Below are positions 21,930-32,490 of a DNA stretch of 32,490 bases, piece by piece. The DNA lies in NCBI GenBank assembly GCA_032718475.1, contig JAUCBJ010007481.1, forward strand, positions 1-32,490, read 5' to 3'. Both the position numbers and the translations under genes were made by a program. Under the pieces are notes generated by a model. That model saw only the letters and a program-made list of their open reading frames with translations, was not told the DNA's origin and did no database searches. The stretch is from Nemertoderma westbladi (lineage: Eukaryota; Animalia; Xenacoelomorpha). How positions within the stretch are numbered: position 1 is the first letter of the stretch; each line of letters begins with the position of its first letter.

Positions 21930-23234
21930 TTATCCATGCGAAAAGTGGTACCAACAGAAATAAAATATAGTTGTAAAAGTATATGTTAAAGGAAATAAAT
22001 ATTTAGAAACGTTATCAATATATGTAGCAATATCACGTCTATGTTTCATATCACTGCTGCTGCTATTAGCTAGATAATCATGCTTGGTATGATTGCTATT
22101 ATCTGCCTTTAATTGAGTACAAGTACCATTGGTTGAAACTTTGTCATCATACTTCTTACCAAAGTGACACACCAACAAAAATTCAATGAGACTACAAAAT
22201 ACGAAAATAAAAGCAATTGCAAAGGTTATATCCAACGCATTAATATAAGCAACATTAGGGAGTCTAGTATATGTGTTTAGAGCTATAGTGATGACAATGA
22301 GAATGGTGGTTATGGTAAGAGCTGCACGAGCTGGAAGAGCCTTACGATCCACCCAGAATGCAATCCAAGACATCACAACTGCCAACGTCAATGGCAAATA
22401 AACAGTGACAATATAGGCGCTGGTACGTCTTTTAAAAGTAATTATTATCGAAAGATATGAAAACCATCTACCAAAATATTCTGCTTCATTCTCTTCCAAT
22501 ATAAAATCACTGTTATTCAAACCCCAATACTGAGTAAACTCCACTTCTCCTCCAATTATTTCGACACCAATGTTTTTATTGTTTCTCTGCCGGAATTTCA
22601 ACACAAGGTCTCTAGAATCAAATCCATAACTTTCCAATTGTATTGTACAAGTTTGAATATCCATTGGGTAATTAGTAAAATCGAATGGACATCTGGTTCG
22701 AATGCTGACTCGTTGTGACATATTTATATCACCATTTGAAGACACAACAATATATGAGTTGGGCATTGGATCCATGAATACTTCTGTTGAAATACTGTTG
22801 CTAAAAAACACATCCGGGCGCCATAAATAATCTAGCATAAATGAGCCAACAGTGATAGATCCTCGCGGAATATTAAATATGTTATTATATGCCAGTCGTG
22901 GATCATTCCACCATAACCGCAAGTACATATCAGTAGTGAAAGACATGTCCTCGTCGTTAATCTCACCAATTGAAACTATACCAATATTAACACCAACTTC
23001 AACGATGCCTTTACCAATATTTGGTCTTGTGAGTTTGTTATATCCTTGTTTATATTGAACGATGTCAGTCAAATAGTTTACAACTTTGGCCTCTGTAGTC
23101 AAATCATAATCATAATTATCGACTTGATTGCCACATGCTTCACAAATACCAGTTGTTGTTACACAAGTGAAACTGACCAGAATTATTAGTAACATCTCAT
23201 TTACGTATGTCTTTTTAATTACTGTTGTACACAT
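21930..23234 (-). CDS. Cys-loop ligand-gated ion channel subunit, anion-selective GABA-A/glycine-receptor-like, single-exon CDS (434 aa; may start at ATG 23195)
   Basis: Signal peptide, WNDPRL, WRPDVFF, Cys-loop CPFDFTNYPMDIQTC, ESYGF, PAR-M2 and four TM helices. Close paralog of 7250-8449. Confidence 0.95.
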   Translation of the reverse strand: MCTTVIKKTYVNEMLLIILVSFTCVTTTGICEACGNQVDNYDYDLTTEAKVVNYLTDIVQYKQGYNKLTRPNIGKGIVEVGVNIGIVSIGEINDEDMSFTTDMYLRLWWNDPRLAYNNIFNIPRGSITVGSFMLDYLWRPDVFFSNSISTEVFMDPMPNSYIVVSSNGDINMSQRVSIRTRCPFDFTNYPMDIQTCTIQLESYGFDSRDLVLKFRQRNNKNIGVEIIGGEVEFTQYWGLNNSDFILEENEAEYFGRWFSYLSIIITFKRRTSAYIVTVYLPLTLAVVMSWIAFWVDRKALPARAALTITTILIVITIALNTYTRLPNVAYINALDITFAIAFIFVFCSLIEFLLVCHFGKKYDDKVSTNGTCTQLKADNSNHTKHDYLANSSSSDMKHRRDIATYIDNVSKYLFPLTYTFTTIFYFCWYHFSHG

Positions 23235-25907
23235 AAAAATATCTCTATATCTTTAGTTTAGCCTCTTGTGTACGTACATGAACATTCGCAGGCATACTTA
23301 TTTGGAAAATTTTACATATTAGATAACATATTAAGTTCTTTTAGAACTGTAAACTTATTTATAAATTGATGGATACCAACATTTTTTAGGAATTGCTTGG
23401 GCCACATTGTGGCATAGTTATGTATGCTACATTAATGTGGCATACATATAATTAATAATGGTGCAAGTAATGGTGCAAGTACTGTATCAAGAAAAATATG
23501 AGCCAGGAACTCCCCATATCTCGAAAACTACTAGAGTTATTCTATTCAATTTTCAGCGATTTGCCTCATATGAAAGAGGACATAATTTTAGTTAGAGCCA
23601 AGTACTTTCGACGGATTAGACCTATTATTTCAGGGATTCTAACTAAGATAAATAATTGGCCCACTAAATTTAGGATCTTTGCAGCGGGTCCTATACATAT
23701 ATATAGTAGGTCATGATTGGATGCGATTTATAGATATAGATGCCGAGATTTAACAATTAATTTGTGACAGCCCAGGCCTGTGTATATTCTATCCGTTCCC
23801 ATTTGTAGCTTAATGTGTAATTAAATATATTATTCTGGAACATCACTCATTTTCTATGTACTATTCCCTGCTGTTCCTTTTAATGGGATGTTTAATTAAA
23901 CTGAATCCAAAAAATGTGGTTCGGTTTGATTACTGTTGGGTTTTATGCTAGATTGAGTCGACTATTTTTGATAGATTTCATTTTCCCAAAATTAGGGATG
24001 CGATTCGTATTCTGGCTGATCTCATCGATGTTTTACTTAAGACTTTGAACTTGAAAAAAAATGGTTGAAAATCTGCCTACTTTGGTTAGCATAACCATTA
24101 TCGAGCTCCGCCTGCTTCTAACAGTCATTACTAGTCATCACTATTACTAACATTTAATAATTGTATAGGGAAGGGAATTCATATGAGTAAGTGTGAATAC
24201 TGGAGACATATACAAAGTTATTTTCACAACCATTCTGATTGACACAGTATCATAGTAGTTATCTGTCTTGATAATATGGTTACTTTCCACCTACCTTACT
24301 TTGTATATCCTTTCTATGTATTAAGTGTGTTGGCAGATGGAGAACTAGACACACAAACAACTACTTGAACTGTTAACAGAAGCAACAAAATAGTTGATTA
24401 TATCATTGTCAACGTCATTGTCACAAATTCTATGTATACTTATACCAATATAGCATCTATTGTATAATATACAATATTATGTATATTATAGAATTTGCCA
24501 CAATGCAGTTTACAATATCATATATTTAATGAAGGCAATGAAGTTGATGTTGTGGTTTATGAGATACAAGAATCATAGATAATAGAATTGATCTGATTGA
24601 AATAACGGACACGATGTAAAGTAATTTCAAGAGGAATGAATCCTTATTTAATAACTAACAATGCTGTGGGGTGTGGTTCACTCCATGAATATAATGTGTA
24701 TTCAAATTGACAATCAGTTCAGTTTGCTTAGCCTCTAATATTACTTAATTAATAAACAAAATCGCCTTCTGTAATAATATTACTGCAAATATTACTACAT
24801 ACTGACTGTTGATTAAACCACAACCGGACACCTCAACACAAGCGACTATGGTCGACAGAACAGGCGACTTGCCGAGTCCTTGCGTCCACATAACGCCACT
24901 AATTTTTATTGTGTACACGATACAGGTATATCAAAAAGAAAAAATGTAAAAGTTCCTATTTTCAGGTGATAAATGTAAGCCGGTATGTTATGTATGTATT
25001 ATATATTAAGAAATGATGTTTGACAAGTCCACTACAAAATAATAAAATAAAATCAACCATCAATAAAATTTTACCATCAAATTTACCATCAATATCCGCC
25101 ACAGAAGTTCAAGACAGATTGAATTTATCATCAAACTCTCACAGCAGAAAAAAGTAGTTCACATTAAATTACATTTTCGGTCAATTTTCACAGCAAAATT
25201 TCAAGGCAGGTAGAATAATTTTGCTGTCAATTTTCAAGTCATAATACTACTGAACAAAGGTTAATCAATGTAATATAGCACCGCATTGCATAGGCTAACT
25301 ATAATCAATATTCCCTTTTTAAATTTGCAACCCAATAAATGTTAATATTGACATCGTGCTACACTGTATTTATGCAGGTACGTACAGAATGTACGTAGCT
25401 AACACCCGGAGTGCCATTGGAGTCAAGAAAGTTCAACAGAGCTTAATTGGCAATGTATGGGAGGGAATTTGGCTAATCGGGGAGCGCGGTGATGCTTTAA
25501 CTTCATTCTTGTATTTTAAATTTAATTCCAACTGACAACCCAGAACGTTATTATGTAGCTGTCACTTTAGTTAGATTCAGAGTTGATACTGCAAGGTTTA
25601 AATAATGTCTAGAGATTAGAGACTCTGTCATGACTTAGAACGAGTAGGGGAGATAGCAAAAAAAGCAAAGCAAACAAAATAAACCTAACAAAAACTCAAT
25701 CATAGTCAAAATGACTGGTCGTCTAACAGTACTGGGCAGAGACAACAGCATAAAAAAAATAATTAATGTATTACTGAAAATGATCCACATAAAATACCAA
25801 AATACAGCTAACTAGAGAAATCCATCTGGAATGGAAAACATTTACTTACCATTTCTATATTATTTATTGACTGATATTTTAACGGTTGCACCACAAGACA
25901 TACAAAA

Positions 25908-26580
25908 TAAAAACTAACAAATCCATATCCGAAGGATTTACTAAAAACTACCAAATCCATATCCGAAGGATATACACAAGGATATAATAAAAACTAACAA
26001 ATCCATATCCGAAGGATATACTAAAAACTACCAAATCCATATCCGAAGGATATACTAAAAGCTAACAAATCCATATCCGGAGGATATACTAAAAGCTAAC
26101 AAATCCATATCCGAAGGATATACTAAAAACTAACAAATCCATATCTGAAGGATATACTAAAAACTAACAAATCCATATCCGAAGGATATACTAAAAACTA
26201 ACAAATCCATATCCGAAGGATATACTAAAAACTAACAAATCCATATCCGAAGGATATAATAAAAACTAACAAATCCATATCCGAAGGATATACTAAAAAC
26301 TACCAAATCCATATCCGAAGGATATACTAAAAGCTAACAAATCCATATCCGGAGGATATACTAAAAGCTAACAAATCCATATCCGAAGGATATACTAAAA
26401 ACTAACAAATCCATATCCGAAGGATATACTAAAAGCTAACAAATCCATATCCGAAGGATATACTAAAAACTAACAAATCCATATCCGAAGGATATACTTA
26501 AAACTAACAATTCCATACCCAAAGGATATACTAAAAACTAACAAATCCATATCCGAAGGATATACTAAAAACTAACAAAT
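25908..26580. repeat. Minisatellite, 34-bp unit, about 19 copies
   Basis: Consensus AAACTAACAAATCCATATCCGAAGGATATACTAA, head to tail with no spacers. Confidence 0.97.
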
Positions 26581-28490
26581 AATATACTAATAAAAAAAAT
26601 AATATAAATAATATACAAGATCAATAATAGTCATTGATTAATATCTATATACAAAATATTATGAATTAGTTCATAAATAACTTTGGATGCCATTACATCT
26701 CAGAACGAAATTCAAAAATTTCCAACTTCTGAACATGTTTCCTTGATGATGATGCTTGATTTCAATGATGCCTTCCTATATACACCCCCTCCCCATCCTT
26801 CATATTATCTACTTCCATGTATACCATACCTTTGCGTTTTTCAATGAATTTTTAAAGTATAATATACATTATTTTTCAAACTCATGGTTTATCCTTCTCT
26901 TTGACCGAAACTCAATTACGCCACTATCCAATTATCACGAGTAACAGTAACTAATAATAAAATAAAATGGTTCCCGTAACGCTTATCATTAAGATCACTA
27001 TTGAGATATTACAAAAGTGTGATCAGTGAACTCAGACTCCATATGTCATGGGTTGAAACAATCTGAATCCGGAAAAGATCATGAAAAGTTTTCAATGTTT
27101 CCATATCACAAACACATCACTAAGTTAGTTAATACAATATGTTATATTACAAAAATGATCCTAAATACAATGGTAAAACTCGACTGAAATATAAAACTAC
27201 CACCAAAATATGAGGCTTATTATTAATTTGTCTTGAATATACAATATCACTTTGCACATGATTCAATACCACAACATAAAATAACAAAATATGATAAAAA
27301 ATAATAAAAATAAAATATTGTAATATATTTATATATAAAAAAGGAGCAAAAAATAAAACCTATATTGAATATCAGTATCTCAGAAAAAATGGAATTGAGT
27401 GGTAAATAAAAGCAGCCATCTGATAAACACAGAAAATAATATTTTGAGATTTACATAATGATACCTTTGAAAGAATATATTATGATATTCAGGAAGATGT
27501 ATCACTATAATATATATGAGGATTTCTAATTTCAGTAACTGCTATGTGTGTAGATTTGTCCTGAAAGACAGCTGACAACTCCGGATGCCCTATAACTACG
27601 GATTTTGACACCCTGGCCATTATTTAATATTTTTCCTACAATGTTATACGTTTCCTCGAATGCATTTTAACATTCAGTAAATGGCATACCCCACCAATAT
27701 CAGGTATAGATAGATAGATGTATTGATCTAGTAACATACAGGAAATGAATTATTGCATATCGTGTAATTAAAATGTTACTTTCAGCAACCTAGCATCTCC
27801 TAAGTTTTCCCATTATGGGAATGGCTAATTATAAAATATTACAGTTCATCACAAACTATAATTGCGAATCATGTAATAATTAGAATCTTTAATTTAGTCT
27901 GAGTTCAAGCAACCTAGTAGTAGTACTTGAGTCCAAAATTGTCACGGAAGCAAGTTGCTGTAGTTCTCCCGGACTCTGTTGCTGAGCTTGTGATAACCTG
28001 ATGTGACTTCCTTTCCCATTTCAGGGGCTTCCAGTATCAGGCAGTGGCTGACGGGTCTCATGAAATAAATAGTTATTAGTTATTCACTGACTTTTATTCC
28101 CTTTCTAATAACAAGTAAATATAATTATAAAGCACTAAGAGGTCGAAAATTCATGTCATTTTCGGTTGAATTCACAGTTGACAGATAGCCAATTAGTTAC
28201 CTCAACAATACCGCCGCGGATAACACCGATTAGAAACATATTCAAATAGCAGATTTACCCCACAGCTTACTGAATGTGGGATCAAGACATCAAGCTACTT
28301 ATCTCTTATACATATATCTATCACGATCGCAGTTAAGCAAGATATCAAAGGGGGAAATTATCAATATCATAGTAGACGCTGATCCAGTTCCGGATCAAAA
28401 GACCCATATAATGGTAGATGATGTGATTAATATGCTTCACTGCAATAATCATTTAATTGTATACATGGTAAAATCAGACATTATTTAATA

Positions 28491-29440
28491 TAATAATAAT
28501 AATATATATGTATTTATATAGCGCCTATACAAATTTGATCTAAGCGCAATTATAGTGACAATATACAGACAATTAGACACAAGACAATTAGTAAAACAAT
28601 TCAATCAATAAAAACTACACATAAACAATATTTAGACACTAGTAAAACAAACCGTTATCAAAATAAAACATCAAATAAAACCCGTAATGCAATGTATGTT
28701 AGCGTATATCTATAAAACGATAGAAGTGGTGTTTGAGTTAATATAATTTAAAAATAATAAAATCAATGTAATTAAGTTAAGAGCATTCAAATTCGAGCTT
28801 AAATAAGTGAGTTTTAAGTAATTTTTTAAAGATGACTACATTTGGAGCCGAACGGATACCCATGGGCAAAGAGTTCCAGATTTTAGGAGCAGCAACGGAG
28901 AAAGATCTCCTGCCGTAGCTTTCGAGGTTATAGCGGGGAACTTCAAGCAGGCATTGACTCGATGAGCGTAGTTGGCGCTGGGGTGTGTACGGATGTAGTA
29001 GATCAGATAGATAGCTGGGACCAATATTGTTCATACATTTGTAGGTAAGCAAAGCTATCTTGAAGTCTATTCGACGTAATATAGGAAGCCAATGAAGTCT
29101 CTTTAACGCTGGTGTAATGTGTTCAGTCTTACGTGTACCAGTCAGTAGGCGTGCGGCAGAATTTTGAACATATTGAAGTTTCTTTAATACGTTCCATGGC
29201 AAGCCGAAATAAAGCGCATTATTGTAATCGAGTTTGCTGGCTATCAAGACGTGGATGAGTACTTCGAGAGTCTTTTTATCGAAGCAATGTTTGACTTTCG
29301 AGAGGTTGCGGAGTTGGAAGAATGCTCCACGCACCGTCATTGAGATTTGTTTGGTGAAACTCATATGTTTATCGAAAATTGCTCCAATGTTGCGTGCAGA
29401 GTCAGTTAACTCTACCTCTTTATTTCCTACCGTCATATGA
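28491..29440 (-). mobile_element. 5'-truncated L2-clade LINE 3' end
   Basis: Intact 219-aa ORF end (ARNIGAIFD, SKLDYNNAL, LQYVQNSAAR, HITPALKRLHWLP, RSFSVAAPKIWNSLP, FKKLLKTHLF). The 3' UTR ends GCGCTTAGA...AGGCGCTATATAAAT plus an (ATT)n tail, typical of L2. Confidence 0.9.
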
Positions 29441-30239
29441 GTTGGATAATATTTAGCGACATTGCTAAGCAGATAGATGATATGAAGGCCGAACTTCGAG
29501 GTGAGTTCAAGTTCAATGCAAAGTTGAAAAGTTAGGGCTACAGCTACAGAGGCATTGCTGCCAAAGTTGCGGAAGTATTCAAGGTTAGTAGTAAGTTGCG
29601 CGGGTCTGAATTCTCAAAAGTTTACCTGAACCAACAAAAAACAAGCTTTTCAATTCAATTCAATTTATATTTTATTCTTCCTGCGACATACTATAGAACA
29701 TATAACGGCAACAACGAATAGCTTGAGTAAGCTAGTAGGTGTTGTTGTCCCTGAGGGTATTAATGAGAGAAAATAGAGATAAAGATGGTTGTTTTAAAAT
29801 TGGAGAGGGAGCAATAAGGAGAGGAGAGGGTTGTCAGGGGGGATGGGGGCGTTGGGGGGGGGGGGGGGGGGGGGGGGGTGTCTACTAATGTATGAAGTGT
29901 AATGTTAGTTATGTTATTTTTAAAGTGAGGACAGCAAGTATGGCAAAATGGTTGATGACAATGATTTCTGATGATGATTTCTGACAATGATTTCTGAAAA
30001 TGATTTGTTTAATTCCAATTCGGATAGAATTCCAGATACTTAGATCTGTCAGTTTATTGTGGACCTCATACATGAATATGTATGTATGAGGTGCAGGGGA
30101 AGAATTTTTAGCGATTTATGCTACACTCATCAACAAACATAAAATTCATATGCGTAAATCAATAATATCTAATTATTAAATTATATTGTGTTTGCTTCCA
30201 AAATTATATAGAACTTTACAAGTATTACTGTAATTATAA

Positions 30240-30590
30240 TTGACAGACAAGCAGACACACAGTCGGACAGACAGACAAAGTTGAACAGACTGGAAGACCA
30301 GAGCGTCATACGTTGGTAAAGAAACCATTATCCACATAGTGTGAGTATGTTGTTGCATGAAACTAAGCCATGATAAAATATTTATGTATTGTATGTACAT
30401 CCAAAAGAACAGACAACAGACAGACAGCCAGAACTCACGAACCGACAGTAACTAGGTGTTACCACTTCACCAACTTGTAGAGGACATATTATAGTATATA
30501 TGTTCCAAATTTCAAGACGATTGACCAAAACGGGGCCGAGATATTAAAGGGGGTCGAATCGACCCCCCCCCCCCCCCCCCCCCATTATCA
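30240..30590. repeat. Degenerate (GACA)n tracts and CCAAATTTC/GAGATATT motifs; probable non-autonomous DNA-element remnant
   Basis: GACA repeats at 30242-30290 and 30409-30427. Palindromic GGGGGTCGA.TCGACCCCC at about 30549-30567. Confidence 0.35.
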
Positions 30591-31084
30591 GTAAGCCAGT
30601 TTGAAATTTTTATGAGTTCATTATTTAGTTCGTAAATTAGATTAGAGATAAGTTTATGGGAATGTAGTAAAGTAGTATCGTCTGCGAATAAGGTAGTGGT
30701 GGCGTTTAGGTAGGTCGGTGATATAGATAAGGAAGAAAAGTCGGAGAGATACTAGAACCTTGAGGGACACCACATGTTAGAGGTAAGAGCAATGAAATTG
30801 TTCCAATTGGGCAAATTGAAACCGAGAAGTAAGAAAACTGTCGAAAAGTTTTAGTGGTAATCCTCTAATTCCGTAGAGGCCTCTAATATTTTTAGTAAAA
30901 TAGGAAATTTGTCTTGGTGTCAAACGACTTGGATAGATGGATATATACGGTGCATGCCGAATTCAGGTTTTCTAGAGCAGTATTGATTTTTTCTATAAAT
31001 GATAAAATAATAATAAATGAATTGTTGGGGGCGAGTGACGCGGTGAATTAAATATATAATGTAGATAGGACTATATGATAATGC

Positions 31085-31216
31085 TCTCCATAGCGAAAAA
31101 TATCAACCGACCCTGTTGGCGCTCGAAACCCGGTACCTAGGTTTCAAACTTACGGTTATCATCAGCCGGGTGAGTGTACTGAGCTACCAGATCGGATGAA
31201 GATTTCACTATGGAGA
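31085..31216 (-). mobile_element. tRNA-like (Pol III A/B box) segment bracketed by inverted repeats
   Basis: Minus strand has GGTAGCTCAGT and CCGGGTTTCGAGCGCC. Flanks TCTCCATAGCGAAA (31085-31098) and TTTCACTATGGAGA (31203-31216) match 13/14 as inverted repeats. Confidence 0.45.
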
Positions 31217-31369
31217 TGGGATATCATATTTAGGCCAACTAATCACTCAAAGGAAAGTACAACGTTATTCCCGTGCTCTGCCAGAAATGGCAACCATGCC
31301 TCAAAGAATAACTGTTATTTTTGATAAATCAGTTTTCTTGATCAATGACCTAGAATACCTGACCTGACC

Positions 31370-32230
31370 TTTTATACAACACCTACACTACATAGCACCA
31401 ATTTTAAATTATGCTTTGGGGTTCTGGGGTTATTTTAAGGCCACAAACATCTGTATTCTGTACAGCTGCGTGCTATGGGAATATTTCTGAGTGTTCATAG
31501 ATTTATGCCGATTCCAGATATACAAGGTGACCTTGCTTGGAATTATTCTCAACATTACCATTATTTAAATATATTAAGATTGTGGGATAGTTTAGAATAT
31601 GGGCAATGATAGGTTGCCTAAAAAGGTCGTCCAATTTGAGTGAACTAAAATTTCTGGCTGGTGTAAGGAAATGGGCCAGATATTCGATAAATTAGGTTTG
31701 TCTGAAGTGTACACAACACATTCAAAGTTTGCCTACAGTTCTCAGTGTGTAAATGAGTGCCGGAACCACTTTGAGAACATCTGGAATGCATACTGTGCGT
31801 CAAAACCTAAATTACATCATTAATTACAATTGCATTTACAGCTCAACTCCAATTTATTCAAAACCAAAACGAAGAACATAAATTTGAATGTGAAGAATTC
31901 GTAAAGTGAGCTCTCCCGCGCCATTACCCGATCAGTAATGGCCAAGTTCCGTTGTGGAGTACTCTCACTCAATATAGAGGTTGGACGGTGCCAGGGGAAA
32001 CCACTGGAAGAGCGGATTTGCCAATTACGTGAATGTGAAAGTGGGATCGAGGATAAGATGCACTTCCTATGGACCTTTTAGTTGAAACATGAGGGAACAT
32101 TTCTTCCGCACCTAGTTTGTGACTTGTATGGAAACATAGACCTAATTAAAAATGAAAAGACCTATAATCAATACCAGTTCACGAAAAATCTAACAAAGTT
32201 GTATGACGCCCGGCAGCAATAGCCTACCTA
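31370..32230 (+). mobile_element. Decayed non-LTR retrotransposon 3' region
   Basis: Fragmentary translations 'ILNYALGFWG' and 'RSVMAKFRCGVLSLNIEVGRCQGKPLEERICQL.ECESGIEDKMHFL', a post-RT region with a Cys/His knuckle. Many stops and frameshifts. Confidence 0.75.
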
Positions 32231-32490
32231 AAAAATTAAATATAAAACAAAGTTATTATGATCCTGTGTAAATAAGACAAAACAACAAGTAGGTCGTCCC
32301 ACAACACTCTGCAATACGGGATCACGCTATAGAGTATGACCACAAATATAATTACAATGATTTTAAAATAATAGGCAAGGCACAAAGTAATTACGACCTT
32401 CTAATTAAAGAAAGCATCACAATTGGCAGACAAAAACCCTCACTAAACATCCAAGGCACGTCCTTCCCGTTATTTCTATTTTAAAGGTGA

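Noticed and set aside
25908-26580. CRISPR array (34-bp palindromic repeat)
   Set aside because: Units are contiguous with no unique spacers, there are no cas genes, and the context is eukaryotic.
27914-28062. Short LINE 3' end with a (TAC)n tail on the minus strand
   Set aside because: Only weak motif similarity and no TSD; too short to assign.
995-30400. The remaining short ORFs in the track (e.g. 995-1327, 3388-3585, 9212-9635, 12014-12740, 19443-19769, 23498-23716, 26756-30400)
   Set aside because: No recognisable domains. Many start at non-ATG codons, lie antisense to real features or fall within repeats or low-complexity DNA.

Overview
AT-rich eukaryotic (animal, probably invertebrate) genomic DNA; nothing suggests a prokaryotic locus. 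The core is a cluster of Cys-loop (pentameric ligand-gated ion channel) genes. Two intact, single-ORF, anion-type (PAR motif) GABA-A/glycine-receptor-like genes lie on the minus strand (7250-8449, 21930-23234), with a decayed 3' remnant of a third paralog (21513-21839). The last two exons of a spliced, convergent Cys-loop-like gene lie on the plus strand. Its penultimate exon appears to be split by a 3.2-kb Sola2-like DNA transposon (688-3926; 16-bp TIRs, TATA TSD). The rest is a mosaic of non-LTR retrotransposon fragments: four copies of one RTE-like family, including one interrupted by a head-to-head two-LINE composite, plus an L2-like 3' end and another decayed LINE. Also present are tRNA-derived SINE-like heads, MITE/Helentron-like remnants, a 34-bp hairpin minisatellite and many long poly-C/G tracts. 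All calls come from manual reading; no database searches were run.
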